In this document: positions 1 to 7,916 of the stretch, piece after piece
Numbering within the stretch: the stretch's first letter is position 1
Layout: the number at the start of each line of letters is the position of its first letter
Source: a virus
Virus record (IMG/VR): IMGVR_UViG_2877182016_000001
Location: 7,888-71,887 of that record
Reading direction: 5' to 3' (one strand)
Length of the DNA stretch: 64,000 nucleotides
Position numbers and translations under genes: made by a program
The notes under the pieces: generated by a model
The model's database searches: none
Told to the model about the DNA's origin: nothing
What the model saw: the letters and a program-made list of their open reading frames with translations, nothing else

Positions 1-144
1 ATCCTTGACGCGCTCACCGATACCGGCTTCTGGCCCGACGATGACTCAAAACACATCATCGGCCCCGACTACCGAGGTGGAGAACCAAGCATCCGAAAAG
101 GCTGGTACCGAATCACAATCCGAATCGAAGAGGAAGAACACTAA
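1..144 (+). CDS. RusA-like Holliday junction resolvase, 3' end (partial)
   Basis: Matches the 3' end of 42591..42980 (ILDALTDTGFWPDDDSKH). Confidence 0.7.
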   Translation: MLDALTDTGFWPDDDSKHIIGPDYRGGEPSIRKGWYRITIRIEEEEH

Positions 145-146
145 CC

Positions 147-680
147 ATGGCTACGAACGTGACTGAAAAAGACAAGACCCTGCAAGAAGTCATCGACTGG
201 TGCGAGCAGCTTGAGATCGAAGGTCTGGAACTAGCAAACGCTCTGCTGTTGCAGCATGACATGGCCGCATACGGTGTCGTGAGGGGACAAATCAACGCAT
301 ACGAAAAGACAGCCAACCACTGCCGTTCCCTGCTTGGCTATTCCGGCAACATGCCCACGGAAGTACCGAATCAAAGCGAGGACACGAAAAAGAGCAGTGT
401 GTTAGAACCCCTCCCGCATGACATGGGTCTACGCGTGAAACTCGATACGAACGAAACATACTGCCTGAAAAGCGGATGGAAAAAACGCGGGGACGGGATT
501 TATGGGCTTGCTGTGAGTTATACGGATGGTTCCGGCATCGTATCCGTTTCGCGGCCTGACAAGCCTGTTCCCATCGCAATCATGAATAGCCACGTGAGGC
601 TAGCAGTCTCATTCGATGAACATGAAACCGAAACCACCAGACAAAACGAGGATACGAACATGAAGGAGACAAACCGATGA
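147..680 (+). CDS. Phage hypothetical protein
   Basis: ORF; N-terminus and LGYSGxMPxEVPNQSED motif shared with 42983..43279. Confidence 0.7.
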   Translation: MATNVTEKDKTLQEVIDWCEQLEIEGLELANALLLQHDMAAYGVVRGQINAYEKTANHCRSLLGYSGNMPTEVPNQSEDTKKSSVLEPLPHDMGLRVKLDTNETYCLKSGWKKRGDGIYGLAVSYTDGSGIVSVSRPDKPVPIAIMNSHVRLAVSFDEHETETTRQNEDTNMKETNR

Positions 681-991
681 ACGGCGATAAGCAGCATGCG
701 GTGTGGCGTGAAAGCATCGAAAAATACGGCAAGGAGACGCAAAGCATCGTCTGCATGGAGGAATGTTCTGAACTCATCCAAGCCGTCAGCAAGTGTCTTC
801 GCGGCAAGCCTGACGCCACTGACAATCTCGCGGAGGAAATGGCCGACGTGACCATCTGCCTGTACCTGCTTCAGGAAATGTACGGCATCACCGACGAGCA
901 GTTGGAAGAATGGATCGCACGCAAGACGGCAAGGCAATCCAAGCGAATGCAAGCCGACGATCCATTCATGGAAGGCGAGGACGTGGAATGA
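677..991 (+). CDS. MazG-like nucleotide pyrophosphohydrolase
   Basis: EECSEL...EEMADV motif; ATGA overlap with the previous gene. Confidence 0.75.
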   Translation: MNGDKQHAVWRESIEKYGKETQSIVCMEECSELIQAVSKCLRGKPDATDNLAEEMADVTICLYLLQEMYGITDEQLEEWIARKTARQSKRMQADDPFMEGEDVE

Positions 992-1467
992 GCAGGACTG
1001 ATACCACCGCCATGCTGTCCAAACTGGTGGAGAAGCGTCTGAAGAATCAGACCGCTTTTTGGGCGAGTGAGGTCAATTTCGACCGGAATACGCCTGACGA
1101 GCGGCGAGTGGATTACGTGGGCTTCAAGCCATTGAACGTCAACGGCGAACCGGTGCCCGCAAGCGTGGAGAAAGGCTGCTTCGGATTCTACGAGGTCAAG
1201 TCATGCATGGCTGACTTCACGAGCGGTAACGGCCTGACGTTCTATGGCGACCAGAACTATCTGGTCTGCACGAAGGAGCTGTGCGACGAGATCGTATGAC
1301 AGAAGATGGTGCCGGAGCGCGTGAACGCGATTCTGACACCGGATTCGACCGGCTCGAAACTGATTCTCGGACACGTGCAGTCCAACCACGACATGTCATA
1401 CAGGCGACGTCCGGCAAGTGAAATCCTGTGGGCCATGGTCAAAGCGAACGGAAAGAGGACGAATTGA
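988..1467 (+). pseudogene. MmcB-like/PD-(D/E)XK nuclease with internal nonsense codon
   Basis: Homolog 43584..44063 is intact. Here TGG(W) is TGA at 1297-1299 and the frame continues to TGA 1465-1467. RVDY...YEVKS..ADF motif. Confidence 0.8.
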
Positions 1468-1778
1468 GCATCATGCTTGACGAGGCCAACGCTTACGAGC
1501 GTGGCATGGATGATGATTTGACTTTTCAGACGGTTCGGGAGCTTGCCGGTGCAGCGTACATGGCCGGACGTTCTGCTCCACCAACTGCCGTTGAGATTGA
1601 GGCCGTGGCGAAACGGCTCTATTGGAACAGCTGCAAACGGGATGGCGTCGATAGCTACGCGGCGAAAGACGAGGATGACGCATGGAATTATGCCGGTGAG
1701 ATTCCCGGCTTCCATGCGGAATATGTCAGACAGGCCAAGGAAATGCTCGAAGCCGAGCGGAAGGCGGTAACCGAATGA
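1464..1778 (+). CDS. Phage hypothetical protein
   Basis: TTG start overlapping the previous stop; related to 44060..44377. Confidence 0.65.
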   Translation: MSIMLDEANAYERGMDDDLTFQTVRELAGAAYMAGRSAPPTAVEIEAVAKRLYWNSCKRDGVDSYAAKDEDDAWNYAGEIPGFHAEYVRQAKEMLEAERKAVTE

Positions 1779-1948
1779 GTAAGACGATCCGATACGTGGA
1801 ATGCGCCCACTGCGGAGAGGTTGTCGGCACATATTACGTGACCTGCCCGTACTGCGGATACAAGCTGGCCGTGCGCAAGCCGACTGGCATGGATCCGCTG
1901 TATGGCATGACCGACAGCGAATTCTACAAGCTATTCGGGAGCATGTGA
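1775..1948 (+). CDS. Small zinc-ribbon protein (57 aa)
   Basis: Own translation MSKTIRYVECAHCGEVVGTYYVTCPYCGY...; two CxxC motifs; homolog 44374..44547. Confidence 0.7.
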   Translation: MSKTIRYVECAHCGEVVGTYYVTCPYCGYKLAVRKPTGMDPLYGMTDSEFYKLFGSM

Positions 1949-2052
1949 TGGAAGATGTTGGAATTCTTCCTTGGCCCCCACCAAGCTTGGCGGAACTCGA
2001 AAAAGCTTTGGATTCGATGGACCACGACGGAATCACAAGAGGAGATTAGGCG

Positions 2053-2850
2053 ATGGCCAGACGCGGCTACGTGCAGCTCGTGAACGGCTTCTACGACAAC
2101 GACAAGATACGTGACCTCGTGCGCATGGGCCGCGCCGATTCCGTTGGCGTGTATTGCATGGCCCTCTCGTTGTGCGGGGACAGGCTCACGGACGGTTTCG
2201 TACCACGTCGCGCCATGCTCTCCAACATCGGAGCGACACCGGAACAAGTGCAGGCGCTCGTTGACGAGGGAATGCTTGAAGAGGTGGAGGAAGGATGGCT
2301 GATCCACGACTACGCCGAGCATAACCGCACCAAAGAGCAGGTATTGCACGCTAGGAAGAAAAGCGCCGAGCGCGTGGCCAAGCATCGCAACGAATCGGAT
2401 GTAACGGCGTTACATCGGAACTGTAACGCTGTTACATCGGGACAAACACCAGAACACCAGAACACCAGAACCCAAAAGAAAGAGAAAGAAGAATATTCTT
2501 CTTCTTTCTCCAAAGAAACCGGCGTGAAGGATTTCGGTGAATCGCGGGAGTGCGTCGAAACGGACAAGACGCTGGCCGTGGAATATCCGAACCTCGATCT
2601 CGAATCCGCATGGCTCGCATTCGCAGACCGACACCAAGACGAAACCAGAACCGTCAACGACTGGATGCGCCTGTGGAAAGGCTGGTGCCAACGCAGAGCC
2701 AACATGAGCGGCATACCACCGTCGAAACGACACATACACACGTGGCAGTGCGAACACGTGCTACAGGCGCTCGGACGAGACAAGGAAACCGCCACGCCAG
2801 ACCAACGAGCCTGCCAGATGGCGAAACGACTCAACAAGGAGAAATCATGA
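2053..2850 (+). CDS. Phage replication initiator (replisome organizer-like) with internal iterons
   Basis: Position in the replication module, wHTH-like N-terminus ending IHDYAEHN, internal palindromic repeats at 2400-2436. Confidence 0.7.
   Translation: MARRGYVQLVNGFYDNDKIRDLVRMGRADSVGVYCMALSLCGDRLTDGFVPRRAMLSNIGATPEQVQALVDEGMLEEVEEGWLIHDYAEHNRTKEQVLHARKKSAERVAKHRNESDVTALHRNCNAVTSGQTPEHQNTRTQKKEKEEYSSSFSKETGVKDFGESRECVETDKTLAVEYPNLDLESAWLAFADRHQDETRTVNDWMRLWKGWCQRRANMSGIPPSKRHIHTWQCEHVLQALGRDKETATPDQRACQMAKRLNKEKS
2400..2510. repeat. Putative replication origin: 2x TGTAAC-N3-GTTACA (22-bp period), 3x AACACCAG, purine/pyrimidine inverted repeat
   Basis: Repeats read directly at 2400-2414 and 2422-2436, followed by GAGAAAGAAGAA/TTCTTCTTTCTC. 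Confidence 0.6.
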
Positions 2851-3005
2851 GACACAACGAACAGGTAACCATGTGCAGCTTGGAATGGTTGGAACACGAG
2901 CGCCGCAAGGCATGGCAGGAAGGCTACGCGGCCGGATGGAAAGACCAGGAATGCGACTTCCCGCAATATACAAGCGAAAACCCATACAAGGAGACGTTCG
3001 AGTGA
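2847..3005 (+). CDS. Phage hypothetical protein (52 aa)
   Basis: ATGA overlap; AWQEGYAAG...ENPY motif; identical copy at 45335..45493. Confidence 0.65.
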   Translation: MRHNEQVTMCSLEWLEHERRKAWQEGYAAGWKDQECDFPQYTSENPYKETFE

Positions 3006-3102
3006 GGCACGACCCGTTCAGCGTCCTGTTCGCGGTCACATTGACCGTCAGCCTGTGCGTCGCCCCGATCATCATATTCATCATCGATTAAGGAGTCCAA
3101 AA

Positions 3103-3486
3103 ATGAGTGACAACGTCAATCACCCAAAGCATTACGAGAACGGCCCGTTCGAATGCATCGAACTGACCCGCCTGCTCAGTTTCGACTGGGGCAACGTGGT
3201 CAAATACTGCTACCGCTGGCAGTCGAAGAACGGCATCGAAGACTTGAGGAAAGCGCTCTGGTACGCGAACGACGCGGTAATACACGGCATACCGCTCTAT
3301 GCAGCCACCGGCTTGTTTGACAAGCGCTATTTTATCTTTTGCCATTCGCTGTTCGGCGCTCTCGCGGACACCGATTGGGCAGGGCTTAAAGACCTTTGGC
3401 GGGCATTCGCGAACAACCGTTCGAACAAAGACATTCTAACGGCCATCAACAACAAGATCATCGAAATCGAAAAGGACGGTGAATGA
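3103..3486 (+). CDS. DUF3310 family protein
   Basis: DNVNHPKHY...ECIE...GNVVKY..R...K.G.EDL.KA.WY motif; RBS AAGGAG. Confidence 0.8.
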   Translation: MSDNVNHPKHYENGPFECIELTRLLSFDWGNVVKYCYRWQSKNGIEDLRKALWYANDAVIHGIPLYAATGLFDKRYFIFCHSLFGALADTDWAGLKDLWRAFANNRSNKDILTAINNKIIEIEKDGE

Positions 3487-3707
3487 TGGGCGGATTGGAC
3501 AAGGTTGAGAAAATTATGATTGGCGCACTGGTGGTATTCGTCGCCTCAATGCTCTCCCTGGGGGGATTAGGCATCTATGCGTCTTGGTATGCGGGCACGC
3601 ATCCCGATTACGGCATGACGACGGTCAAGACCGGCGACGTGACATGGGTCTGCCTGACCGACCGTGGCAAGACCATCGGCTGCGACACTGTGGAGGAGTA
3701 CAAGTGA
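3483..3707 (+). CDS. Small membrane-anchored protein
   Basis: N-terminal hydrophobic helix; overlapping start/stop. Confidence 0.6.
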   Translation: MMGGLDKVEKIMIGALVVFVASMLSLGGLGIYASWYAGTHPDYGMTTVKTGDVTWVCLTDRGKTIGCDTVEEYK

Positions 3708-3847
3708 AGAAAATACTCGAAAACATGATCATCAAATGGCATCAGGCCGGATACGCGCTCGACGAGATCGCGCCGCTCGTGCCGCAAGTGCCGAAAGCGG
3801 AAGTCGCGGCGATCATTCACCAGTACGACAAGGAGACTCGACTTTGA
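3704..3847 (+). CDS. Small HTH-like protein
   Basis: GTGA overlap; GYALDEIAPLV...KAEVAAII. Confidence 0.55.
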   Translation: MKKILENMIIKWHQAGYALDEIAPLVPQVPKAEVAAIIHQYDKETRL

Positions 3848-4599
3848 CCGACTGCCAGCACTGCCGCAAGCCCATGAAACCGGCGGCGGACAATCTGCTC
3901 TGCCAAACCTGCCGTGAAACCTACTGGCAGCTGATCCACCAGCTCGGACACATCCAGCTTCCGACCCTGCGAAGCATTATGCTCCGTCAAGCGCACATCG
4001 GCCCCACAGGACACACGCCAAACAAAGGCAACGCGCCACTGCCAATCGACGTCCACGCGCAAGACCTCATCGCAGAATCGGAAGCATGGCTGGCCGAACA
4101 GGCAGGCAAAATCAGAGCGGCATACGCTGGATACGACTGGCGGAAAGCATGGTATGCCATCATCAGCAACAAACACACCATAGTGACGATGAGCACCGCC
4201 GCCGACGACTACGCCAGCCTGCAACACATCATCCGACGCAACGAACAAGCGTTGACACCGGAAGACGAGCTCATAATCCTCGGCACCTGTCCAAACTGCC
4301 ACACGCTCCTCACCGGCACGCCAGAAGCCGAATCGGTCACATGTCAAGGCTGCCACGGGGAATGGGCTGCGCCAGCAATCAAAGCAGCACGAGACGAAAG
4401 ATTATGGCAAGTGCAAATCACCGGCACACCCAGCGACGCGGCCAAGGAGCTGCAACGATACGGGTTGACCATATCACGCAACCTCATCAGCCAATGGCTC
4501 AAACGCGGCAAACTGTCGCACGCCACGCCGACAGAACACAAGCGGCAGTACAGGTTCAACCTCGGAGAACTAGCAGCCCTACTTGACTGTCACCGTTGA
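3844..4599 (+). CDS. Zn-finger/HTH protein, probable late transcription regulator
   Basis: Four CxxC motifs plus C-terminal HTH (ISRNLISQWLKRGKL); last gene before the packaging module. Confidence 0.6.
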   Translation: MTDCQHCRKPMKPAADNLLCQTCRETYWQLIHQLGHIQLPTLRSIMLRQAHIGPTGHTPNKGNAPLPIDVHAQDLIAESEAWLAEQAGKIRAAYAGYDWRKAWYAIISNKHTIVTMSTAADDYASLQHIIRRNEQALTPEDELIILGTCPNCHTLLTGTPEAESVTCQGCHGEWAAPAIKAARDERLWQVQITGTPSDAAKELQRYGLTISRNLISQWLKRGKLSHATPTEHKRQYRFNLGELAALLDCHR

Positions 4600-4610
4600 A
4601 ATGCTATACT
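4583..4610 (+). promoter_or_regulatory. Sigma70-type promoter TTGACT-16-TATACT with extended -10 TG
   Basis: Motifs read directly; same sequence in prophage 2 at 47071-47098. Confidence 0.55.
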
Positions 4611-4689
4611 GTCGTATGTTCGTAGAATGGTTCAGCCGGAAACGGTTGGACCATTATTCATATCCACCTGCAGTCGCTATAATCATCTC

Positions 4690-4839
4690 TGTCCGGCATG
4701 GAGCCACTAGCAACCCTTGGAGCCGTCGCACCGAAGGACGTCGACCATGGCGGCGACACCCGTTGTGTCGGTAGCCCATGAATCGGGGGTGGCCAGCTGG
4801 GGGACCTTCGCGGGAGACGTACCCCAGACATGCCGGACA
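4690..4839 (+). ncRNA. Candidate 150-nt structured RNA upstream of the packaging module
   Basis: 11-bp closing stem TGTCCGGCATG/CATGCCGGACA, several inner stems, possible pseudoknot; TATAAT at 4678-4683. Confidence 0.55.
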
Positions 4840-4862
4840 CTTCTTACCGATGTGGGGGATTG

Positions 4863-5258
4863 ATGTACAAGGTATGCTCCACCTCCGGTTGCCCACACCT
4901 GGTCTCCTCCGGCTCGCTGTGCGACGAATGTAGGAAAGCCAAAGACAAGCGCCGGACACGAGGCCGCAATCCATACACGTCGAAAGCGCATCGCCTCGCA
5001 CGCGCCCGCGTGCTGGCAAGGGATCCGCGGTGCGTCTGTCCCGGCGACGGGCCGGACGGATGCGGAAGGCACCATGGCCTATGCGGCGCCCCCAGCACCA
5101 TAGCCGACCATTGGCCGATCGAACGCATCGAGCTCGTCGAAGCAGGCCTGGACCCCAACGACCCGCAACGCATGCGCGGCCTGTGCAAGCGCTGCCACGA
5201 CAGCAAGACCGCAAGGACGAAACCTTCAGGCTTCAACAACAGACAAAACCTCAGCTGA
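4863..5258 (+). CDS. HNH endonuclease (terminase-associated)
   Basis: ADHWP...GLCKRCHDSKT motif; directly upstream of the terminase genes. Confidence 0.85.
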   Translation: MYKVCSTSGCPHLVSSGSLCDECRKAKDKRRTRGRNPYTSKAHRLARARVLARDPRCVCPGDGPDGCGRHHGLCGAPSTIADHWPIERIELVEAGLDPNDPQRMRGLCKRCHDSKTARTKPSGFNNRQNLS

Positions 5259-5602
5259 CACACACAGGCTTCGGCACCAAAACAAAACATTCCATCGAAG
5301 CCAAGCCAACGACGCCAGCCGCTCACGTCGAACGGCACGAAAGACGAAAACGACCAAGTCTTCTCGATTCGATTCGCGACTCATCGCAGCAACAAGCAAG
5401 TCAAACAAAAAACCGTTGCAAAACAAACGGAAGCAAACCATCAAAACACCCACGGGGATACCCCCTAACAGTTTGGGTAGCAGAACCGCCGGAGAGCTGT
5501 CTCCGAGGTGCGGAGAGTTCAAAAGTTTCAGAGGGGGCGGGCGAAAGGCCCTGCGTCCCACAGCGAAGGAACGGCGCAAGGCCGTCCGACGATGGAGGAG
5601 CC

Positions 5603-6154
5603 ATGCCAAGAGGAGGAAAACGCGTCAGGTCTGGCCCGATGCCAGATCCGTCGAGCGGTGCCAGCGAACGCAGGGGATACACCCTGCGCAGCCTGCCGAA
5701 CACCGAATACAAGGGCCGTCCGCCGAAGTTCCCACTTCCGCCGTATGTGCTCCGTGATTTCGACAAGGACTCGCAGGAATGGGTCGATGATAGGGCCGGT
5801 TCGGAATCGTGGAACGAGCGTGAGTCTGAGCTGTGGGGGCAGTTGTGGCGGCTGCCGCAGGCGCGCGCGTGGAAACAGCCACAGCTGAAGTATCTGCATT
5901 ACCAGATCGCCTCGTATGTCCGCGAATGCGTGGTGTGCGAGAGCCCGTCGGCCAAGGCGGCTGACGTGGCTGTGAAGATCAGGCTCGAGGACCGGATAGG
6001 CCTGTCCGAGGCCGGATTGCAGGCGCTCGGCTGGAAGATCTCCGAGGACAACGTCGACATGGCCGCCCACGAGGTGCCGGCCACGGACGCGGAGGCATCC
6101 GAGAGCGGCATGGACACCAAGATCGTGCAGTTCCCGCGCCGTTTGAGGGCGTGA
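5603..6154 (+). CDS. terS: Terminase small subunit
   Basis: MPRGGKRVRSGPMPDP N-terminus, RBS GGAGG, position before TerL. Confidence 0.75.
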   Translation: MPRGGKRVRSGPMPDPSSGASERRGYTLRSLPNTEYKGRPPKFPLPPYVLRDFDKDSQEWVDDRAGSESWNERESELWGQLWRLPQARAWKQPQLKYLHYQIASYVRECVVCESPSAKAADVAVKIRLEDRIGLSEAGLQALGWKISEDNVDMAAHEVPATDAEASESGMDTKIVQFPRRLRA

Positions 6155-6155
6155 C

Positions 6156-7274
6156 ATGGCCGACGATTGGATCATCGACTTCCCGACGCTCGCAGACCTG
6201 CAGGATGCGTGGGTTCGGCGTCACGTGCGCCAGCCGGACGGTATTCTCCGCGGCAAGCCCTTCTGCTGGTCAGATTGGCAGTTCTGGTACGCCGCACACC
6301 GCTGGAGGGTGCGCGAGGGCGCGGAATTCATCCCGCCCGAAGAGGTCACGGTGGACAATCCACTGGTTCTCAACCAAGCCTTCCAATACCGTCTGACCGG
6401 CTGCATTGGCCCGCAGAAGACAGGCAAGGGGCCGACCGAAGCCTCATGCGCCATCCTCGAAGCCTGCGGTCCGGTCGTGTTCGCCGGTTGGGCGAAGCCC
6501 GGCGACGTGTACCGCTGCTCCGACAACGGCTGCCCTTGCGGATGGGTCTACCATTACAATCCGGGCGAGCCGAAGGGCATGCGCCATCCATCGCCGCTGA
6601 TACAGCTGACCGCGAACTCCGAGGACCAGGTGCGCAACGCCTACCGGCCGTTGGTCGCGATGATCCGGCTTGGACCATTGAAGCAGCTGCTCAAGGTGCG
6701 CGAGGGGTTCATCCGCATCCTGCGTCCTGGAATCAATCTGGACGATGACGATCTTGACCTAGACCGCATCGATGTGGTGACGGCCTCGGCGACTTCACGC
6801 CTGGGCAATCCAATTTCGGATGCCGAGCAGGACGAGGCCGGCCTGTACACCAAGTCGAATGGCATGCTCGACGTTGCCGACACGCAACGCCGTGGCGCGG
6901 CTGGTATGGGTGGGCGCACGCACTTCTGGACAAACGCATACGATCCCGGCGAGAACTCCTACGCGCAACAGCAGTTCGAGACATCGGCATCAGATGTTTG
7001 GATCTTCTACCGCAACCCCGATTTGAACCCGGACCTGCGGCACAAGGACGGCACGCCATACAGCTTCAACAACCGGCGCGAACGTCGCCGGATCCTCGAA
7101 TGGGTCTACGCCGGAAGCCCGTGGGTGCCTTTGGATTCCGTCGAGGCGGAGGCTGAGGCGCTGATGGAGAAGGATCCCGCGCAGGCGGAACGCTTCTTCG
7201 GCAACCGAATGGTGCAGGGCGGTGGAGCATGGCTCGATGATGGACTCTGGGAGAGCTGCTATGCAGGAACATGA
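6156..7274 (+). CDS. terL: Terminase large subunit, ATPase domain
   Basis: Walker A-like GPQKTGKG and Walker B-like EQDE; aligns to the N-terminal ~2/3 of 48578..50203. Confidence 0.85.
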   Translation: MADDWIIDFPTLADLQDAWVRRHVRQPDGILRGKPFCWSDWQFWYAAHRWRVREGAEFIPPEEVTVDNPLVLNQAFQYRLTGCIGPQKTGKGPTEASCAILEACGPVVFAGWAKPGDVYRCSDNGCPCGWVYHYNPGEPKGMRHPSPLIQLTANSEDQVRNAYRPLVAMIRLGPLKQLLKVREGFIRILRPGINLDDDDLDLDRIDVVTASATSRLGNPISDAEQDEAGLYTKSNGMLDVADTQRRGAAGMGGRTHFWTNAYDPGENSYAQQQFETSASDVWIFYRNPDLNPDLRHKDGTPYSFNNRRERRRILEWVYAGSPWVPLDSVEAEAEALMEKDPAQAERFFGNRMVQGGGAWLDDGLWESCYAGT

Positions 7275-7914
7275 GCTTTGGCTTGAGAACCCGCCGAAAG
7301 GCACCGAGGTGTGTCTTGGATTCGACGGATCTGAGAACGACGATTGGACGTGCATCAAGGCCGAGACGCGCGAGGGTTTTATCTTCACGCCACGGTACGG
7401 CGAGGATCGCCGTCCGACGATTTGGAATCCTAAAACGTGGGGAGGGCGCATTCCTCGCAGCGAGGTCAATGCCGCCATGGACGAGCTCAACGAACGATAC
7501 AAGGTTATTCGCGCCTATTGCGATCCGGGTTTCCGCGACGAGGTGTCGTGGGAATCGCAGATCGAGGCGTGGGACACGAGGTACGGTCCGAAGAAATTCA
7601 TTCCCTGGGCGATGAGCGGGTCGAGCCGCATCACCGCGGTTTGGGAGGCGTTGAAACGCTTCGAATCCGACCTGCAGCATCATGCGATCGCGCATGACGG
7701 GTGTCCGATCACTATCACACACATGCGCAATGCGCGCAGATTCGCCAAATCGGGCGAGCGTTACGGTTTGGGCAAGCCGAAGCAGACAAGGAAAATCGAT
7801 GCGGCTGTGACAAGCGTGCTCGCCCATGAGGCGGCTTGCGACGCGCGTGCCGCTGGCTGGGGCAGGAAACGCAAGGCGTACCTGCTTACAGGCTCCACCA
7901 CGAGGGGGTTCTAG
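7261..7914 (+). CDS. terL: Terminase large subunit, nuclease domain (separate ORF)
   Basis: CLGFDGS..DDW and KIDAAV motifs; aligns to the C-terminus of 48578..50203; ATG preceded by GGAGAG. Confidence 0.8.
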   Translation: MQEHELWLENPPKGTEVCLGFDGSENDDWTCIKAETREGFIFTPRYGEDRRPTIWNPKTWGGRIPRSEVNAAMDELNERYKVIRAYCDPGFRDEVSWESQIEAWDTRYGPKKFIPWAMSGSSRITAVWEALKRFESDLQHHAIAHDGCPITITHMRNARRFAKSGERYGLGKPKQTRKIDAAVTSVLAHEAACDARAAGWGRKRKAYLLTGSTTRGF

Positions 7915-7916
7915 AG

